Of a stretch of 64,000 bases of DNA, positions 49,356 to 62,999 are shown piece after piece. Each line of letters starts with the position of its first letter. The stretch's first letter is position 1. Under the pieces are notes generated by a model. That model was not told the origin of the DNA, searched no databases, and saw only the letters and a program-made list of their open reading frames with translations. Source of the DNA: Catajapyx aquilonaris (lineage: Eukaryota); assembly GCA_000934665.2 (NCBI GenBank), contig KZ538289.1:1-64000 (forward strand), read 5' to 3'. The translations under genes and the position numbers were made by a program.

Positions 49356-52179
49356 TTCGTCATGAATATCCTTCCCCCAACTGTTGTTGGCACTATTTTT
49401 CATCGCGCACTGGATACAGTGTGTTCAAACTATTTACAACACGCGCATGTACAATGTACTTTGTACAGAGAGGTGATATGATATAGGCTAGGTGCTGCAA
49501 GTGCGAATATAGCGTGAGTACTTACCTGTAAAGGAGTGGGTTGGGTGGTCAAGGGGAAGAGGCGGCGTTGGCAGAGGCGTATTCTCGTCTGGAGCGGCCC
49601 ACCTGGGACCAGGCCACCTGGGTAATTAGCCCTGCAGAGGCAATGAGTTTAGGGCCCTGGCCAGCGCGCCTGGGCTCATTCAATTTATCGCGGTTTTCGC
49701 CCCAAGAATTACTACGTACTGCTCTGGAGGAACGAGCCAGGCCAAGTTTGGAAAAGCGGGTAGGGGGGGGGGGGGNNNNNNNNNNNNNNGGAAGTCCAGG
49801 GGATGCGGTGGTGGCCATGCATGTGCTGCCCCCTTCCCTTGGAAAAGGAGGGCTAGGCCTAGCTTCCAACTTCCAGCCGAAATAGTATAGTTGGCCGGGA
49901 AACCCCCTGACTAATGGCTGGGATTAGGCTGGCCACCCGCACCCACCTTGCACCATTTGTTACCAGCGTCGCAAGTTAATCTCAAGAATTGCATCTCGCC
50001 AAGGAAATTGTGTAAACACTACCTCCCCTATTCTCATTTCCGCACGAGGATTAATTCCTAACTACACTCCCCGGTTTATTCACTAAATCACGGCTACCTT
50101 CCAGGAGTTTTGGGGAAGGAAGAATGCAAGAAATTCGGGAATGAGAAAATGTTATGTGGACTATCATGGCTGGATGTGGAGCTTGGCTACTGAGGTCATA
50201 AATAAACTATTTCATTAGGCACCATATTTAAAAACATATATTAAAATCATAGTTTGTGCAAGGCTAACGATTGGCCTGCTGTATATTGTTATGGCGGCAG
50301 TTGCTATTGGCCTCCGTTCTGCGCCTGCGCAATGGGGGAGGACCTATTCAGTAGCTGGCTGGCTGGCGGTAGGTAAACATCGCAGGTCGTCTCTCTTCCC
50401 CCTTCTCCACCCACCCACTGATAGGTGATGTGGCAATGCTGAAGAGTTGACACCTGGAATTCTCCAGCGGGTGACTCTAAAGTCTGGACACATAATGTAC
50501 GGAAAACGACATCGTTTCTTCCATTGTTGCTTTTTGTTGACACTGTTTACTCATATTGTTTTGTGAGGGTTTTCCATGGAAACCTAGATGACATCAGATC
50601 GTTCTCCCATTTTCCGTACCAATTGTCAACCAAACAGTATTACCCGTGTTCAGAGCTTAGTCATCCTGTACAAGTTTAAGAAGAAAATATTTTCTGACAA
50701 TTTTTTTTAAATACCGAAAATATATTTTGAGGTAACGATAGCCTTTTTGGACACACTGTAGGCAGCAAGTACCCTCGTAACCAGCACACTTCTCTCACTT
50801 TTGCGCAAAAAAAATAAAATCTATTGACCTGAAGAGGCTTTCACCTAAGAGCGAGGTATTCAAAAAATTATGAATGCTCATCTGCCTAATTCAGGCTTGT
50901 TCCCTGCGTGTTAATTTTGAAATTATTGCTTACGGGAAGTTTTTTCGGGGCGGTTAAATTTTGGGTCATATAAATTGTAATGGCCCCCTTAATGAACCCC
51001 ATAATACGGGCGGCAGTTTTCTGATTTCAATTTTCCTCATGCGTAATTAGCTGAGAATCATATTGTTGCGCAAGAAATAAAAGCAAAAGTTAGTGCAATG
51101 AAAGTTCTAGGCGATTAAATCAGTGTTAATCAGCTATGAACCTGGCCAATGTAGTAAATATAGCGGCCAAAATTTCAGTGGAAAATGTAGAGTCGCAAAA
51201 TATTTTCATTCTTATTGGACAGTAGATATTTCTATTAATTTATGACCTACAATAAATTAAAATGTAGAAATATCAATTTTTTGATTGTCTCTCCCTTCCG
51301 TTTTAAAAAAAAAATTAAAGTCGGACTAAGGTGGTCGAAATGAGCCAATCAAAAGAAAAGCTGGAGCAAGTGGCTTATCTGGCCACACGGTCGTACGCTC
51401 TCGGGAACACTAACTCATAAATCAGGAACAATAGCCAGCGCTGGTTACATTGCAGCTATTCGAGGCTTGATTTACACACCGTTTTTAGGCGCACCCCAAA
51501 GCCATCTCCGACCCGGAAAAAGGGGGCAGAGGTGGGGTCGCTTATTGTTAGACACACTCTGTGAACTGTCAAGCCCAAGACGAGACCAATGTCACATTCC
51601 ACCAAACAATTTGGGGTGGGTCATTTTTGACCAAATTCGTCTCGATAGTACAATATGCATATTTTTGAAAATCCAACCCAGCACAGTAATGGTGCCCTAA
51701 CTGATGCCAAATAAAGAAGCAACGTCTGTGGTGGGAAAAAGTGAGTTGGTGGACTGTATGTGCGTGCATGGGTGTGTGTGTGTGTGTGGAAAGAGGAGGT
51801 GGTGGGAGGGGGGCGTCCCCGGTTTTGGTAGGGTTGAAGGGGAGTTAGGAAGGACGAGAGGGGCTTAAAACCCCGCTTTTACAAAGAGTGTGGTGGTAGT
51901 ATAATGAATTCTGGCGTGCCGCCGTTCCATCAGGTGTGGGTAGGGGGCAAATCATTTTCGTCGGCCAAACCCCCGCCGTGGTTTTCCATGTGAGACAGAA
52001 CATGGGAATCAGCTTCATGAGGGTAGAGGGATGTGTGCTGGGCTTTTTCACACCAACCTGTGTGTCTGGGTATCTGCGCGCGCACTTTTTTAAAGCCGAT
52101 GCTCAGGTCACAGTAATAGCTTCATCAGTCAGATATTGAAAATTGTAACTGATAATCAAATTAAAATAACATAGCTAAG

Positions 52180-52515
52180 CTAATCTAACCTAACCCATCC
52201 TAACCAAACAAGGTTAGGCTTCCCAAATATTCTTACCTTAACCTAACCTAACCTAACCTAACCTAACCTAACCTAACCTAACAAGGTTGGGCTCCCCAAA
52301 TATTCTAACCTAACCTAACCTAACCTAACCTAACCAACATAACCTTGCAATACAGTATTTTCCCTATTCCCTTCGTGATTCCAAACCCTGGACGATGACC
52401 TCCAATAAGTTCGACTAGGGTTCGACTATGGTTAGGTAAGGGTTAGGGTTAGGTTAAGGTAGCCTAACTTAACAATTTTCCCAATTTTGGTCGTGATTCC
52501 AAACCTAGTCGACTT
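52180..52515. repeat. Interstitial (CCTAA)n/(TTAGG)n telomere-type repeats within a duplicated element
   Basis: Two (aacct)n blocks, each preceded by aacaaggtt.ggct.cccaaatattct, then a TTAGG block on the other strand; tcgtgattccaaacc is duplicated. Confidence 0.85.
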
Positions 52516-54809
52516 TCACCTTCAACTTTTGATCCTCTTCTAGCTGACCTCTGTAGGGGAGCGTTAAAGAGGCTGCTCAGGTCACAATAATAAGCAGGCT
52601 CCTGGTATAGTCCAGCCCAGGGGCGGTGAGGCTTGGGGCCGTCCCCTAATAAGACGGGCGGCACGGGTCCCCAGCCTCCCACTACTCAACCAGCCTCATA
52701 ACTAGCCGAGTAATTATCGGGTCCGGGGAACAGGCTTGGTAATTAGCAGCGATGAAACAATGTTAATTAAAATACAGATTTCTAACGAACCTTACTTTGA
52801 GTTTCTGCAAGTTGAGAGAGGAGGAGGTGGAAGAGGGAGGAGGAGGAGGAGGAGGAGGCAAAGGGTGGGGTGAAGGGAGAGAAAGCCTCGGATCCCTTGC
52901 GGATTTAGCCCTCTGTGCTCTGCCGCCGCCTCCTGAGCGCGGTTCACTGCCAGGATAGTAAACAAAGTGTTCGCTCCTCAACGAGCACTCCCGGCTACAA
53001 GGGGGTAATTAAAACTCCGCCCCGAAAAGAGAGGCGCACGAGCGATAATTAATTTTAAGTTCGTGAGAATCGGGAATAGTCCTAATGCCTTTCCTCAGCC
53101 GCTCCTTCCGACCAGGGTTGCTGGGGAAGGGAAAGAGCTCCATGGCTCGAAGGGGATCATATAATGTACATGGGGCCTTAACTACATAGTTAGTATTTTT
53201 TTGTTTTTTTGTGTGTTTTGGAAGGAGGGGGAGGTAATGTCATGGGTGAGTGGAGATATGTTCAGTTTTTGTTTATTTGTTTTGTTTTGTTGTTGTTTTT
53301 TTGGACGGAGGGGGGGTAATGTCATGAGTTGGAGCACATCATCTGGGTGGTGATATGTTCTAAATGCATTTTTACACGTGTTTAAACGGTTTTTCGGTAC
53401 TTGTGGTCAAACTTTGAACAGTCAGTTTCTGTCCAAACAACAAAAAATAGGGGGCAAGTGTATCAATTTTATGGAATTAGTAGGAGGAGGGCAAATAATT
53501 GCGGAGACTAGAGTACAAGGCGTGTAGGCTTGCGGATGACGAAGTGGCAAAACCGGAATGAGTTACGGCAATAGTTTGCCCGTATCTCAAGCCTGGTGGC
53601 ACTAAGGCTGGTAGGTACAAAAAACAAAGTCATGTTTTTTGTTGAAATGTTACGAGCACTCTAATACACTGCACGGAGCAAACTGACAGCTTCAGGCGTA
53701 TCGATTTGTAAGGAAAGTTACATGAATCTGCTTACATTATAAGGTTCCTATATTCTGGGTACGTTGACTTCTCAACTGTAAATCAGTTTTCTATACACCT
53801 GCGTGTGTACCATTAAGTACAGGTAAATTCAGCTCATTCTTATATGACGTGTGGGACATACAAACAAACTTTCTCATTTATATGTGAATTGTGACGACTG
53901 GGCTAACCCCTGTATTAATCTGGCCAACAGATGACGTCCGGTTGGACCGAAGAATATGGAGGATCCATCTGGTCCTGCCGTGCGGTCCTGGAGAAGAAGT
54001 CCTCTGCTGGTGCCCTGGAGAATTTTATTGATGAGTCCGTCAGTTTCCCCAGTGTCTGTCCCTCCTCCCCACTATTCCTTTCCTCCTCTCCCCACCCACC
54101 CACCCATCCAGAGAGAGAAAGGCCCAGTCGGAGGCCTCCCAACTGCTTCCCTTACAAATGGTCGGCTGGGCTGGGCTGGCTGGCAGACAGGCACAGGGCA
54201 CAGCTGTTGCCCTGCCCTGGGGGCCCGATGCCGGCTAATTTCTTGGCTTGCGTTGGACCGGGGAGAAGGGGGGGAAGGAGGGGAAGGTGGGAGAGCTTCC
54301 CTCCCAGGCCTTCCCACCCGGTCGCGGCTCGCCAGCTGACGACCAAGAAAAGAGGAGGCATTCAAGATTGCAGCGTTTGAAAAGTAGGAGGACAGATGGA
54401 AGAACAAGTCGCGTGCAGTGTACCGAGACTGGTCCGTACCATGTTGCAAAAAGTTCAGGACATGAGTACTCTGGTTGTTTTGTTTTAAAAAAGGGGGGGA
54501 GCATTCACCTTGATAGAGTGCTCAACTTTGATTGGTTTTGGATCAAGTATTTTAATTATTGAGTATTCTGGTTTGGTATGTTCAGTATGAAAGCGTATTC
54601 AAGGTTACTTTCATCCTGGTAGTCAGGCAACGTGTTTTCCGTGAAGTATATGTGGTAAGGATATCCCACTTTGTGAGAGACTGATGTGCATCTGGAAAAT
54701 GTCGACGTCATTAGTAGTTAATAAAAAATTGCCATATTTCCTACCCTTACCTCCAACAACAACAACCCTGATGGCTGCACAATAAATTTCTGGCTTTCAA
54801 CCCTGGATA

Positions 54810-54875
54810 TTCGGGATTTGAACCCTGATCTCCCGATTGAGAGTCTGACGTGTTACCACAGAGCTAACTCCGCTG
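54810..54875 (-). mobile_element. Degenerate tRNA-SINE head
   Basis: Minus strand: ttagctctgtggtaacacgtcagactctcaatcgggagatcagggttcaaatcccg, with A and B boxes. Confidence 0.6.
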
Positions 54876-55527
54876 CAACGACATTGTGGGTGGCAAGAAG
54901 GTCTAGCCTATTTACAGGTGCAGTTCAAAGAGAAATAAATGTGAAATGTCAGATAAAGTAACAGCGACAAAGGTCCATATCGATAAAAAAGGATGTCTTT
55001 TTTTTTTCAAGATTCGATCCTTCAACCTTCAGGTTAGGAAGAGAGTGGCTTGGCCACTAGGAACAGGAGCTGTGCCATGCATCTGAGGAAGAGAAAAGAT
55101 AGATGTTGAAACTCTTGGCCATCACTCATTTTACAGAGACATGAAATACGACGTTCGTATTTGTAAATTTGCATAACGAGATCATCAAAAATTCTTACTG
55201 GCCCCCATGTCTGGCATAACCCCCACCCTATTTGCATAACTTTCTCCATCGGTTCCAGAATAATTACTTATCTGAAGCAATACTTCCAATCAAGGTATCA
55301 TTTCCGAGTTTTGCACCTTCTCACATAAATTATGACGATATCTCCATCTCTCTCTCTCTCTCTCTTTCCCCAGTCGGCCTCCTTCACTTTCTGCCAATTC
55401 CAACCAAACTGGATACTGCAAGAACTGAAGTTTATCGGTCTGCTCTGGGAAACTTCGGTTCCAATTTGAACAAGAAAAAGGTTGCTCTCTCTCGCACATT
55501 TACGAACGAGGATATCGCTTTTTCAGA

Positions 55528-55531
<4 letters not shown>

Positions 55532-55608
<77 letters not shown>
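55532..55608. repeat. (GA)n microsatellite
   Basis: Direct reading. Confidence 0.97.
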
Positions 55609-55612
<4 letters not shown>

Positions 55613-56166
55613 CTCTCTAACAAGCTCAGAAGCAGGAATTAACGAAGGGTAGATTTTGGAAGCTTGCCGGTTTCCGTTTCATAACATTATGGCTTGTTAT
55701 CGGGGGAAATGGAAGACGGAAAGAGGGGAAGAGGGGGAAAGAGGGGGGACACCATGTTCTCGTGGCAAAGAACTGTCTTTTTTATATAAAAAAAACTGTA
55801 ATTGATACATGTTCAAACATGCTCTCAAACTATGCTCTCAAAAAAATATATTGTCAAAAATTTCTATGAGCATTGTCACACAATATATTGAAGGAGCAAT
55901 AATATGTTTTCTGGATGACAAGGCAATTTGATGGAAATCCTAACTTTTCCCCGTAAGATGAGGTAGGGGCGTGGGCTGGGGTTGAGAGCAAATATTTATC
56001 TCAGAATGGGGTTGACGTGTCGAAAATTGGTTTATGTCGTTTTCTGACTCCTGGTGCTGTAAATCCAACCGAGGTATCGCCTCTTAGACATGTACAATAC
56101 TTGAAAACGGTTGGACTCACCACCTTTGCCCTTTCAAATGTGATTTAAGCAAGTTTGTAAAAAATA

Positions 56167-56587
56167 CAGTGGAATCCGTATAAGCAGATTTTAAGAGACA
56201 GTGGAAAAAGTCTGTTATAGCCAAATAGCTTCTTTTTCAACAAATAACAAAGGTTTCTGCTTTCCATACATTAATGAAACTATCCACAAAAATGCAAAAT
56301 TAGCTCACCAGTACATTGCGTCACTTTCTTCTGCCTTGTTACCAAACATACCAGAAAATTTTGAGTAACTTAGATCAGTGACAGATGCGAAAATCATCCA
56401 CGCTCCAGTATGCCCTACCTTCCTACTATAAGCTTGGGAAAGGAAGTTGGTAATCAAAAATAGCATATTTTCCCTCCGAGGGGCCAAAAAATGGTCTGTT
56501 ATAGCCGAGAGTAAAAAGAGTAAAAATATACATGGCCTTATGGAAGTATGCCGGGACCGTCCTTTCGAGTCTGTTATAACCGAAAGT
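56167..56587. mobile_element. pogo/Tigger-like MITE, family C, right TIR lost
   Basis: ta|cagtggaatccgtataa...; internal blocks colinear with the 13264 and 14860 copies; ends at ctgttataaccgaaagt, where SINE2 begins. Confidence 0.82.
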
Positions 56588-56813
56588 GCGGGGGCAGGGT
56601 GGTGGATGCTACTGGCCAGCCAAGCGGGAGATCCGAGTTCAAATCCCGTCCCTGTCACCTTCGCTTGGTCGGGTCTTTTTCCGCTTTTCACCCGACATGT
56701 CCGGACAGAATTGCACTCCCTTCTCTGCCCAGGGCCAAGAAAATCTAACAGAGTCTGAAATGACGAGCGACCTCCCTTGGGAACCTCCCCTTCCCCCCTA
56801 AAAGGGCACGGGA
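56588..56813 (+). mobile_element. tRNA-derived SINE, family 2
   Basis: B box gagttcaaatcc (56635-56646); body shared with 34961-35197; tail ccccctaaaagggcacggg with the hairpin partly deleted. Confidence 0.82.
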
Positions 56814-58289
56814 CCACTAGGTGTGGATTGTGTCTCAATAAAGTTGTCCCACCGCCCTCACAGTACAATGAGAAGAGTTTGGTCGTCCCCGGTTCCGTCT
56901 TGGGTGGGCTTACATGTCTAAACAAACAGCACTTCCATTTGTGGCCAACTCGACCCCAGATCCGTCCACCTTTTCTTTAACTTGGTGACCCAGAATGGGA
57001 CTCTCTTGTAGGCCCAAATTGCCTTCCTTTTCCCCTCCCCTTTCCCCGCCTCTCCCCACACCTCCCTCTTGGTGAAGGCGCCGGGAGCCATAGCTCCTCT
57101 CGCCCGTCGGCAGCGCCGAGTGCGCGCCTCTCCGGGTTACCAGGAAACCAAGTGCAGGAACCCGCGTTTGACAATAAATCACCAGTTGGGATTTAATTAA
57201 AATCTTCTATTGAAGTTGCCATTTTCAGCCCGAGTCGGGAGCCTTTCTGTGATATTTCACATTTTCGCGGGGCACGGCATCAGATATTTAATTAAAGCCG
57301 GGGGGCTGACTTGATAGATCGAGTTCCCTATAGTGGGGAAAGTGGGGAGGAGCGCGGCGAGAGAGGGGAGAGAGAGAGACGGGGGAGGAGCAAAGTACAT
57401 CAGTTGCCAGGTAAAGGAAAAAGATTTTTCTCAGAAAGTATATGGGTCGAAAATTTTGGGCCAAATTTCATGTACGCTTATTATTTTAAAAAATTGGTTT
57501 AAAAAATTATTTTTGGTGTTTGGCTAGTTAGGTGTTGGGTGTTGGCTGGTGCTGGTGCAACTGGCAACCCCGGAGGAGAATGCGGCTTCCTGGCGGAAAA
57601 CGGTACCCCGCCATCCCCCCCCCCCCTCTTACAAACTCTCCGCCTCCGGGAAAAACAGATGCTGGAATCTTGTTACTGGAGGTGATTTGTTAGGATCGAA
57701 AATCGATTCTTCAACGCTTGATCTGCCTTGTTGACGAAATAATCACATTTTTATGGGGCACAATGGACCGGGAAAGGACGTAAATTTTTCTTTCCCTGAA
57801 GCTACCCCATGGCTGTTCTATAGGGTATGGGGGTGAAATGGGTCGTAGATCAGGCTCCGGGCTCAGGGATTTTGGTGGGGAGCCGCCGAGAGAAAAGGGG
57901 ATCAAGTGGGAGGATGCAACAGTGGGAGATGGAGAAGATAGGGAGGTTTGCTCGATTTTGAACGATGGACCGCGTAGAGGCTTTTGCGGGGTCGGTGGGG
58001 TGCAAAGAAGAGGTAGAGAGGGGGGGGGGGTAGAAAAAGATATTTTACTGCCATTGGCAAAAGGGTTGCGCCTGAGTGAGAATCCAGGAGTCGACTCCTG
58101 ACCTGCGAAATATGAATTACGGCTTGAGCAGTCCGGAAACTCTTGTTACATCGTAAATCATACAGAAGGAGGTGTGATTTATGCATATAACCAGGATGGC
58201 ACCCGCAGTTTGTAAGAAAGGTCAAGGGGTAGGGAATGGAAAATTTGGATGCTGATGTCTTGGCGTTATCCGGTAGGTGTTCGCTTGTA

Positions 58290-58548
58290 CGGTCCTGTCT
58301 TCAATAAGCTCTGAGGACGAAAACCTACGTTTTGACTATAACTGTGGGGACACCTTCTGTTGTGGGGACATTTTCACCTCCCCACATGGGGACATGGCGG
58401 ACAAGTGAGGACCTAGTCCCCACAATTGGGTTCACGAAAAATCCATTTCTCTCAGCCTAGGTTAGTTAGGTTAGGTTAGGTTAGGTTAGGTTAGGTTAGT
58501 CGCTTCGAAATGTTGTGTTATCAACATCCCCACACCTTATAGACAAGT
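58290..58548. mobile_element. GTGGGGAC/(TTAGG)n element, copy 2
   Basis: ctata.ctgtggggaca, tgtggggacattttca, tccattt.tctcagcctagg(ttagg)n, gcttcgaaa and tccccaca occur in the same order as in 4841-5207. Confidence 0.8.
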
Positions 58549-60859
58549 TTGGGTGTGTTCGCCTGTAGGTGTTCTCAATGTCTGACAGCTGAATTTTTTG
58601 GAGTGAACTTTGTTGAAAATGGCAACGATGGGCCCACGGCTGTGATTTGAAGTACCCTGTACCAAGTACGTGGTTAAAATATGAATTGACAGAACACATG
58701 GACCTCACACGTACCCCCCGTTCCAAAAAAAAAATCGCGTTTGTCAATGCTACCTAAAGCGGCATATGCCAAATTACAACGGCACAAGAGCCCACCCCCA
58801 CCAGTTCAGTCTGCTTGTTTTCCCGTGCAAATCTAAATAAGTTAGCTTTTTGAAGTTTAACGAGCGTCGGCTACCGTGCGTTTTCATCACGTTGTGCCCT
58901 TGGTGACGGGGAGACCCCCCCGTGTTGCTGCCGGATGAAGGCAAATGCGCCATCGTGTGCACAAATTCAATTTGCATGGTATGTACTCTGTGTAGGCCCA
59001 TTGCTGCGGCGATCCCTTTCCCTCTTGATACCTCGCGAACCATTCGTAAATCGATTGTGTGTGACTCAGTCCCCGGCACTATCCACAGGGGCGTGTATAC
59101 GAACAGGAAGGGTGACAGGTAGGTGACACCCAGGAATTTTTTGTATGTGAAATATCAAATTCCTATACAAAACTACCAAAAAATAATTATGCGCATTAAT
59201 AAATATCACGTTCAAGTTAATCACTAACTCTTTCGAACCTGGGAGTGAAATAACCGCGTTATTCCTTATAATGGCGACGTGCCGTGCGGGTCGTGGGACA
59301 CTCGCCCTGAGCTTAATTTCTGCAATTCTAATGAAGATTGCCTTTCCTCATGCGTGGGTCCCCCTCCTCCTCTCTCTACCCCCTGCCGACCTGCTGGCGT
59401 CCCCGGCGAAATTAGGAGCGCGGCGAAAACAGCCCTTCTCATTAACTCGCAGGAGGACACTAGAGGCTTCTGCTACTACAACCACCGACGCCGCCATCAC
59501 TACTAACGCTCCTATTGCTCAGCTACTCACAAAACCCAGCGCTTAAAACTGGACCCCCCCNNNNNCCCCCCCCCCCAAAAAAAAATCTTGTTAAAAAATC
59601 AATCTGAGAATCAGTGATTATACCTGGGATATTTTCCTGCAATTCCTGAGCTTTCTAGGTCCCATGCGGCATGCAAGGAAGGCTTGCATACCCACTCCGC
59701 CCTGGTTATTAATAAGAGACTCGCAGATTGATTACATGCTAATCCCTCCATGGCAACTTCCTAGTTATTCGCCGACCAAGAATTTATTTATTTGCTTAGC
59801 TTGGAGGTTGGAGGGGATGCTGAGGGAAGAGATGGGGATGCTGAGAGAGGCAGGCGATGGTTGGTGGAGTGTCGGGGCGTTAAATAATATTTGGCAGGGT
59901 GTCATACTTTTTAAAGCTATTAGTCTATCTGGATATCAAAGACAAGAAAATGACGAAACTTTTTGCATAAATTTACTTGAAATAATTTAAATGCCTATAT
60001 TCAGACAAATTTTTTGCAATTTGTGCATATTCTTCAAATCATATGTAAGGCACACTTTCAATTAAAATCTCAATTTAAGAAGCCATTATTATGGGTAAAT
60101 TCTGATTGTATGTTACATTGTTGATATTTTAAAACTACCCCATTAGAGAGATGGGAGTTTGACACCTGACCACAATAACATACTATTGATGATTATTTTA
60201 CAATTTTATATTATTGTTGTGTGGGACGATGACTGCTCCCTATAATGACACCAAGTGTCTAATCACGTGGTATTGTAATAAATAAATTTCAATTTAATTA
60301 TTTGCATGTACTTAATTCTTGTAAACCATCTCCCTCTTCATTTAAAATATCACTTGGCCCCCCTCTCATTTTCTTGAGCCTCAAAGCTCCCCATCTCCTC
60401 CCCTCAGGCCAGCTCCTGAAGAGTGTCCTGATGCAGTGCAGCGGTCTTCTTCTCCCAAGTAATTAGGTCTGCCCCAGCAGCATCAACCAGGAGGAGTAAA
60501 AAGACGTGGATGTGAAAGAGAGAAAAGCTTCTCCTCTCTCTCTGCCAAAAGCCATCGCGGCTCCTCTGATGCCCATCCAGTTATGAAAAGCAACCAGCCT
60601 TTTCCGCAACCCCTTCTCCCCTCATCTCTCTCTCTCTCTCTCCTTTTGCTCCCCCTTTACCCCTCCTCTACCTTTGATGCCCTACTACCCAACCCAACGC
60701 ACCGCCTTCATCCAATTTCTCTCTCATCACCAGCTTCACTTTGCCAAGGTGGACTCCTCTCTGCCATTCCATATACCCCCTCCTACCACTCTCATCCTTG
60801 CACTTCCTCCAGGCAGATTCGAAGGGATCCATCTTTCACATTTGCTTCCTAAGTGGTTA

Positions 60860-61143
60860 GAACTTTAAAGCGCAAGTTTTATTACATAACTACTTCCCAG
60901 CTACCCGAGGCGCTGCCTATTCTCATCTACCAGAGGCGCTGCCTACTCTCATCCACCAGAGGCGCTGCCTACTCTCATCCACCAGAGGCGCTGCCTACTC
61001 TCATCCACCAGAGGCGCTGCCTACTCTCATCCACCAGAGGCGCTGCCTACTCTCATCCACTAGAGGCGCTGCCTCCCCATTGCTCAGCGCAGAACTGGGA
61101 CCAACCTTGTTCATACACTGCAACGAATGATTTTAATATTATA
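60860..61143 (-). repeat. Family E copy with internal 26-bp tandem expansion (~6.5 units)
   Basis: cagaggcgctgcctactctcatccac units at 60931, 60957, 60983, 61009 and 61035. The end gaatgattttaatattata is the reverse complement of the family E start. Confidence 0.85.
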
Positions 61144-62664
61144 TTTTGTTTCATAATTTTAGCCTTATTTAGACCCTGAAGTAAAGAGTGAAAAAGAGGT
61201 CCATCAGTCAGAGACGTTTTCTGAAGCGGCAAAAGATGCGGCGGACCCTTTTGCCCTCCGAAGGCCTCTAACCTCTCAACCCCACCCACCCACTTCATTA
61301 CCCAAACGCCTGCTGTCCAATTTCTTCCGGCTGCGCATTTGCGACGGACATAGGCCCTCCCCCCCCCCTTTTCCCTTTTTGCCCCTTCTATATAGCCCTC
61401 CCCCCCAAATGATGAAGGGGAGGGCTGGCCCCGGGGCTTCTATGTAACAGCCGTGAAGGCTGTAATGGGGCTATACAGAGTGTAATGAAAGGCAAGGATA
61501 GGGGGCTTGAGGCCTGGCTTCCTACACTCTTCGACTTCAAGCTCAGGCCACGGGATGAGTCTGATTGCTGTGATTCCCGACTATATCTATGTGAGGGAAA
61601 GCTAACGAGCCTTATGACTCACCCGGGGTTGATGAATCACGTGGAGAGCATCTATGGATAACGGAAAAAAAATTGTCTTCTTACAGAATGTTTGGAAACT
61701 TCCTTCGAAAGTTTAATATTATGTAATCAAGCCTTTCTCTTCCTTGGTATAGAAAATCAACAAAGAATTCCAACTTTCCTTGGCCAATAATAAACTATAA
61801 ACCTGCGGGTAATTACGGGGCGCACAGCCGAAGCTTCCCACTATGATCTAGCGTGGAAATAATTGGAGCCTTCATCATCGGAAGAATCTGCTTCATATGT
61901 TTCGCAACGGTGTATTGTGGAGGAAATGTGGCGTACATCTTTCTAAATTCACATGTCAATCAGTAGATGGCGCTGATGGGCAAACGGCGCCAATTTTTTT
62001 GAAAAAACACGCGTCCTTGACACACTCATCCTAAAACCGGTCCTTGTTAAATAGGAAGGATGTTCTCCTCCCCACCCTCCCCTCTCGACTCATTCTCATC
62101 CCCTTTTGTGTGTGTCTGTGCCGCTCGCCCAGCCCCAGCAGCCCTCGCCGACAGAGTCTAATGGGCGAAGGCTGGCAGCCATGGGCCTCTGCCCGTATTG
62201 ATCTGGGTAAATCCCGGAAGAGCCCACATTAGCCTCAAATGAACATGCTTAAGCCCTATCTTTCAGAGTGTGAAATCACGTCCAAAAGGGAAACTGACGC
62301 TGGAGTAATCAGACAACTGAAGCCTCGCGATGGGCCAAGGAAATTACCCCCGCGTTCGCACGTTCTTCCAGGCTCACCCACTCGGAGCCCAGTTTCCGAC
62401 AAGGACTCGCCGATTTCCCTGACTCGCCTCATTGGCCAGGGTAGGAACCACCAATCCGGGACGGGCACGTGGCCTGCGACGAGTGGAGTCTGACGTGATT
62501 CAAAATGAGTGGGGTTCACACTGGTCTTTTGTCGTTGTTGTTGGTTCTTGTCATTCCCACCCAGCTTTTCGAATGGAGTCTTAGGGGGGATAAGCATAAC
62601 CGTTAATTTTCTAATTGTAGAGTTAATGCTCAAGTACGATCTGCGAATTTATGATGGGCATGAA

Positions 62665-62736
62665 CTACTCCCATCCACCAGAGGCGCTGCCTACTCCCAT
62701 CCACCAGAGGCCGAGACGCTGCCTCCTCATTGCTCA
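62665..62736 (-). repeat. Family E fragment (2 units of the 26-bp motif)
   Basis: ctactcccatccaccagaggc x2, then cgctgcctcctcattgctca. Confidence 0.8.
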
Positions 62737-62999
62737 CATTACACACAAATTTAACATTAAAAATTAATTGCAAAAGTTTAAAAAATTCTAATTCGAATAT
62801 GTAACAGCTAATATATTTACGCATTATTAAGTGGTCTTTAATTTTGACTGATTACTTTTTTACTATTTTTACTTATATTTCAGAGAAAAATATGTCACTC
62901 AAGCTCATTTGTTTTGTATTAGCTGTTACTTATAGATAGCTGCTAAATATTTTTATCAGCCACAGAGTAGCTGCTAAATGCACATTTCTTCAGAAAACT

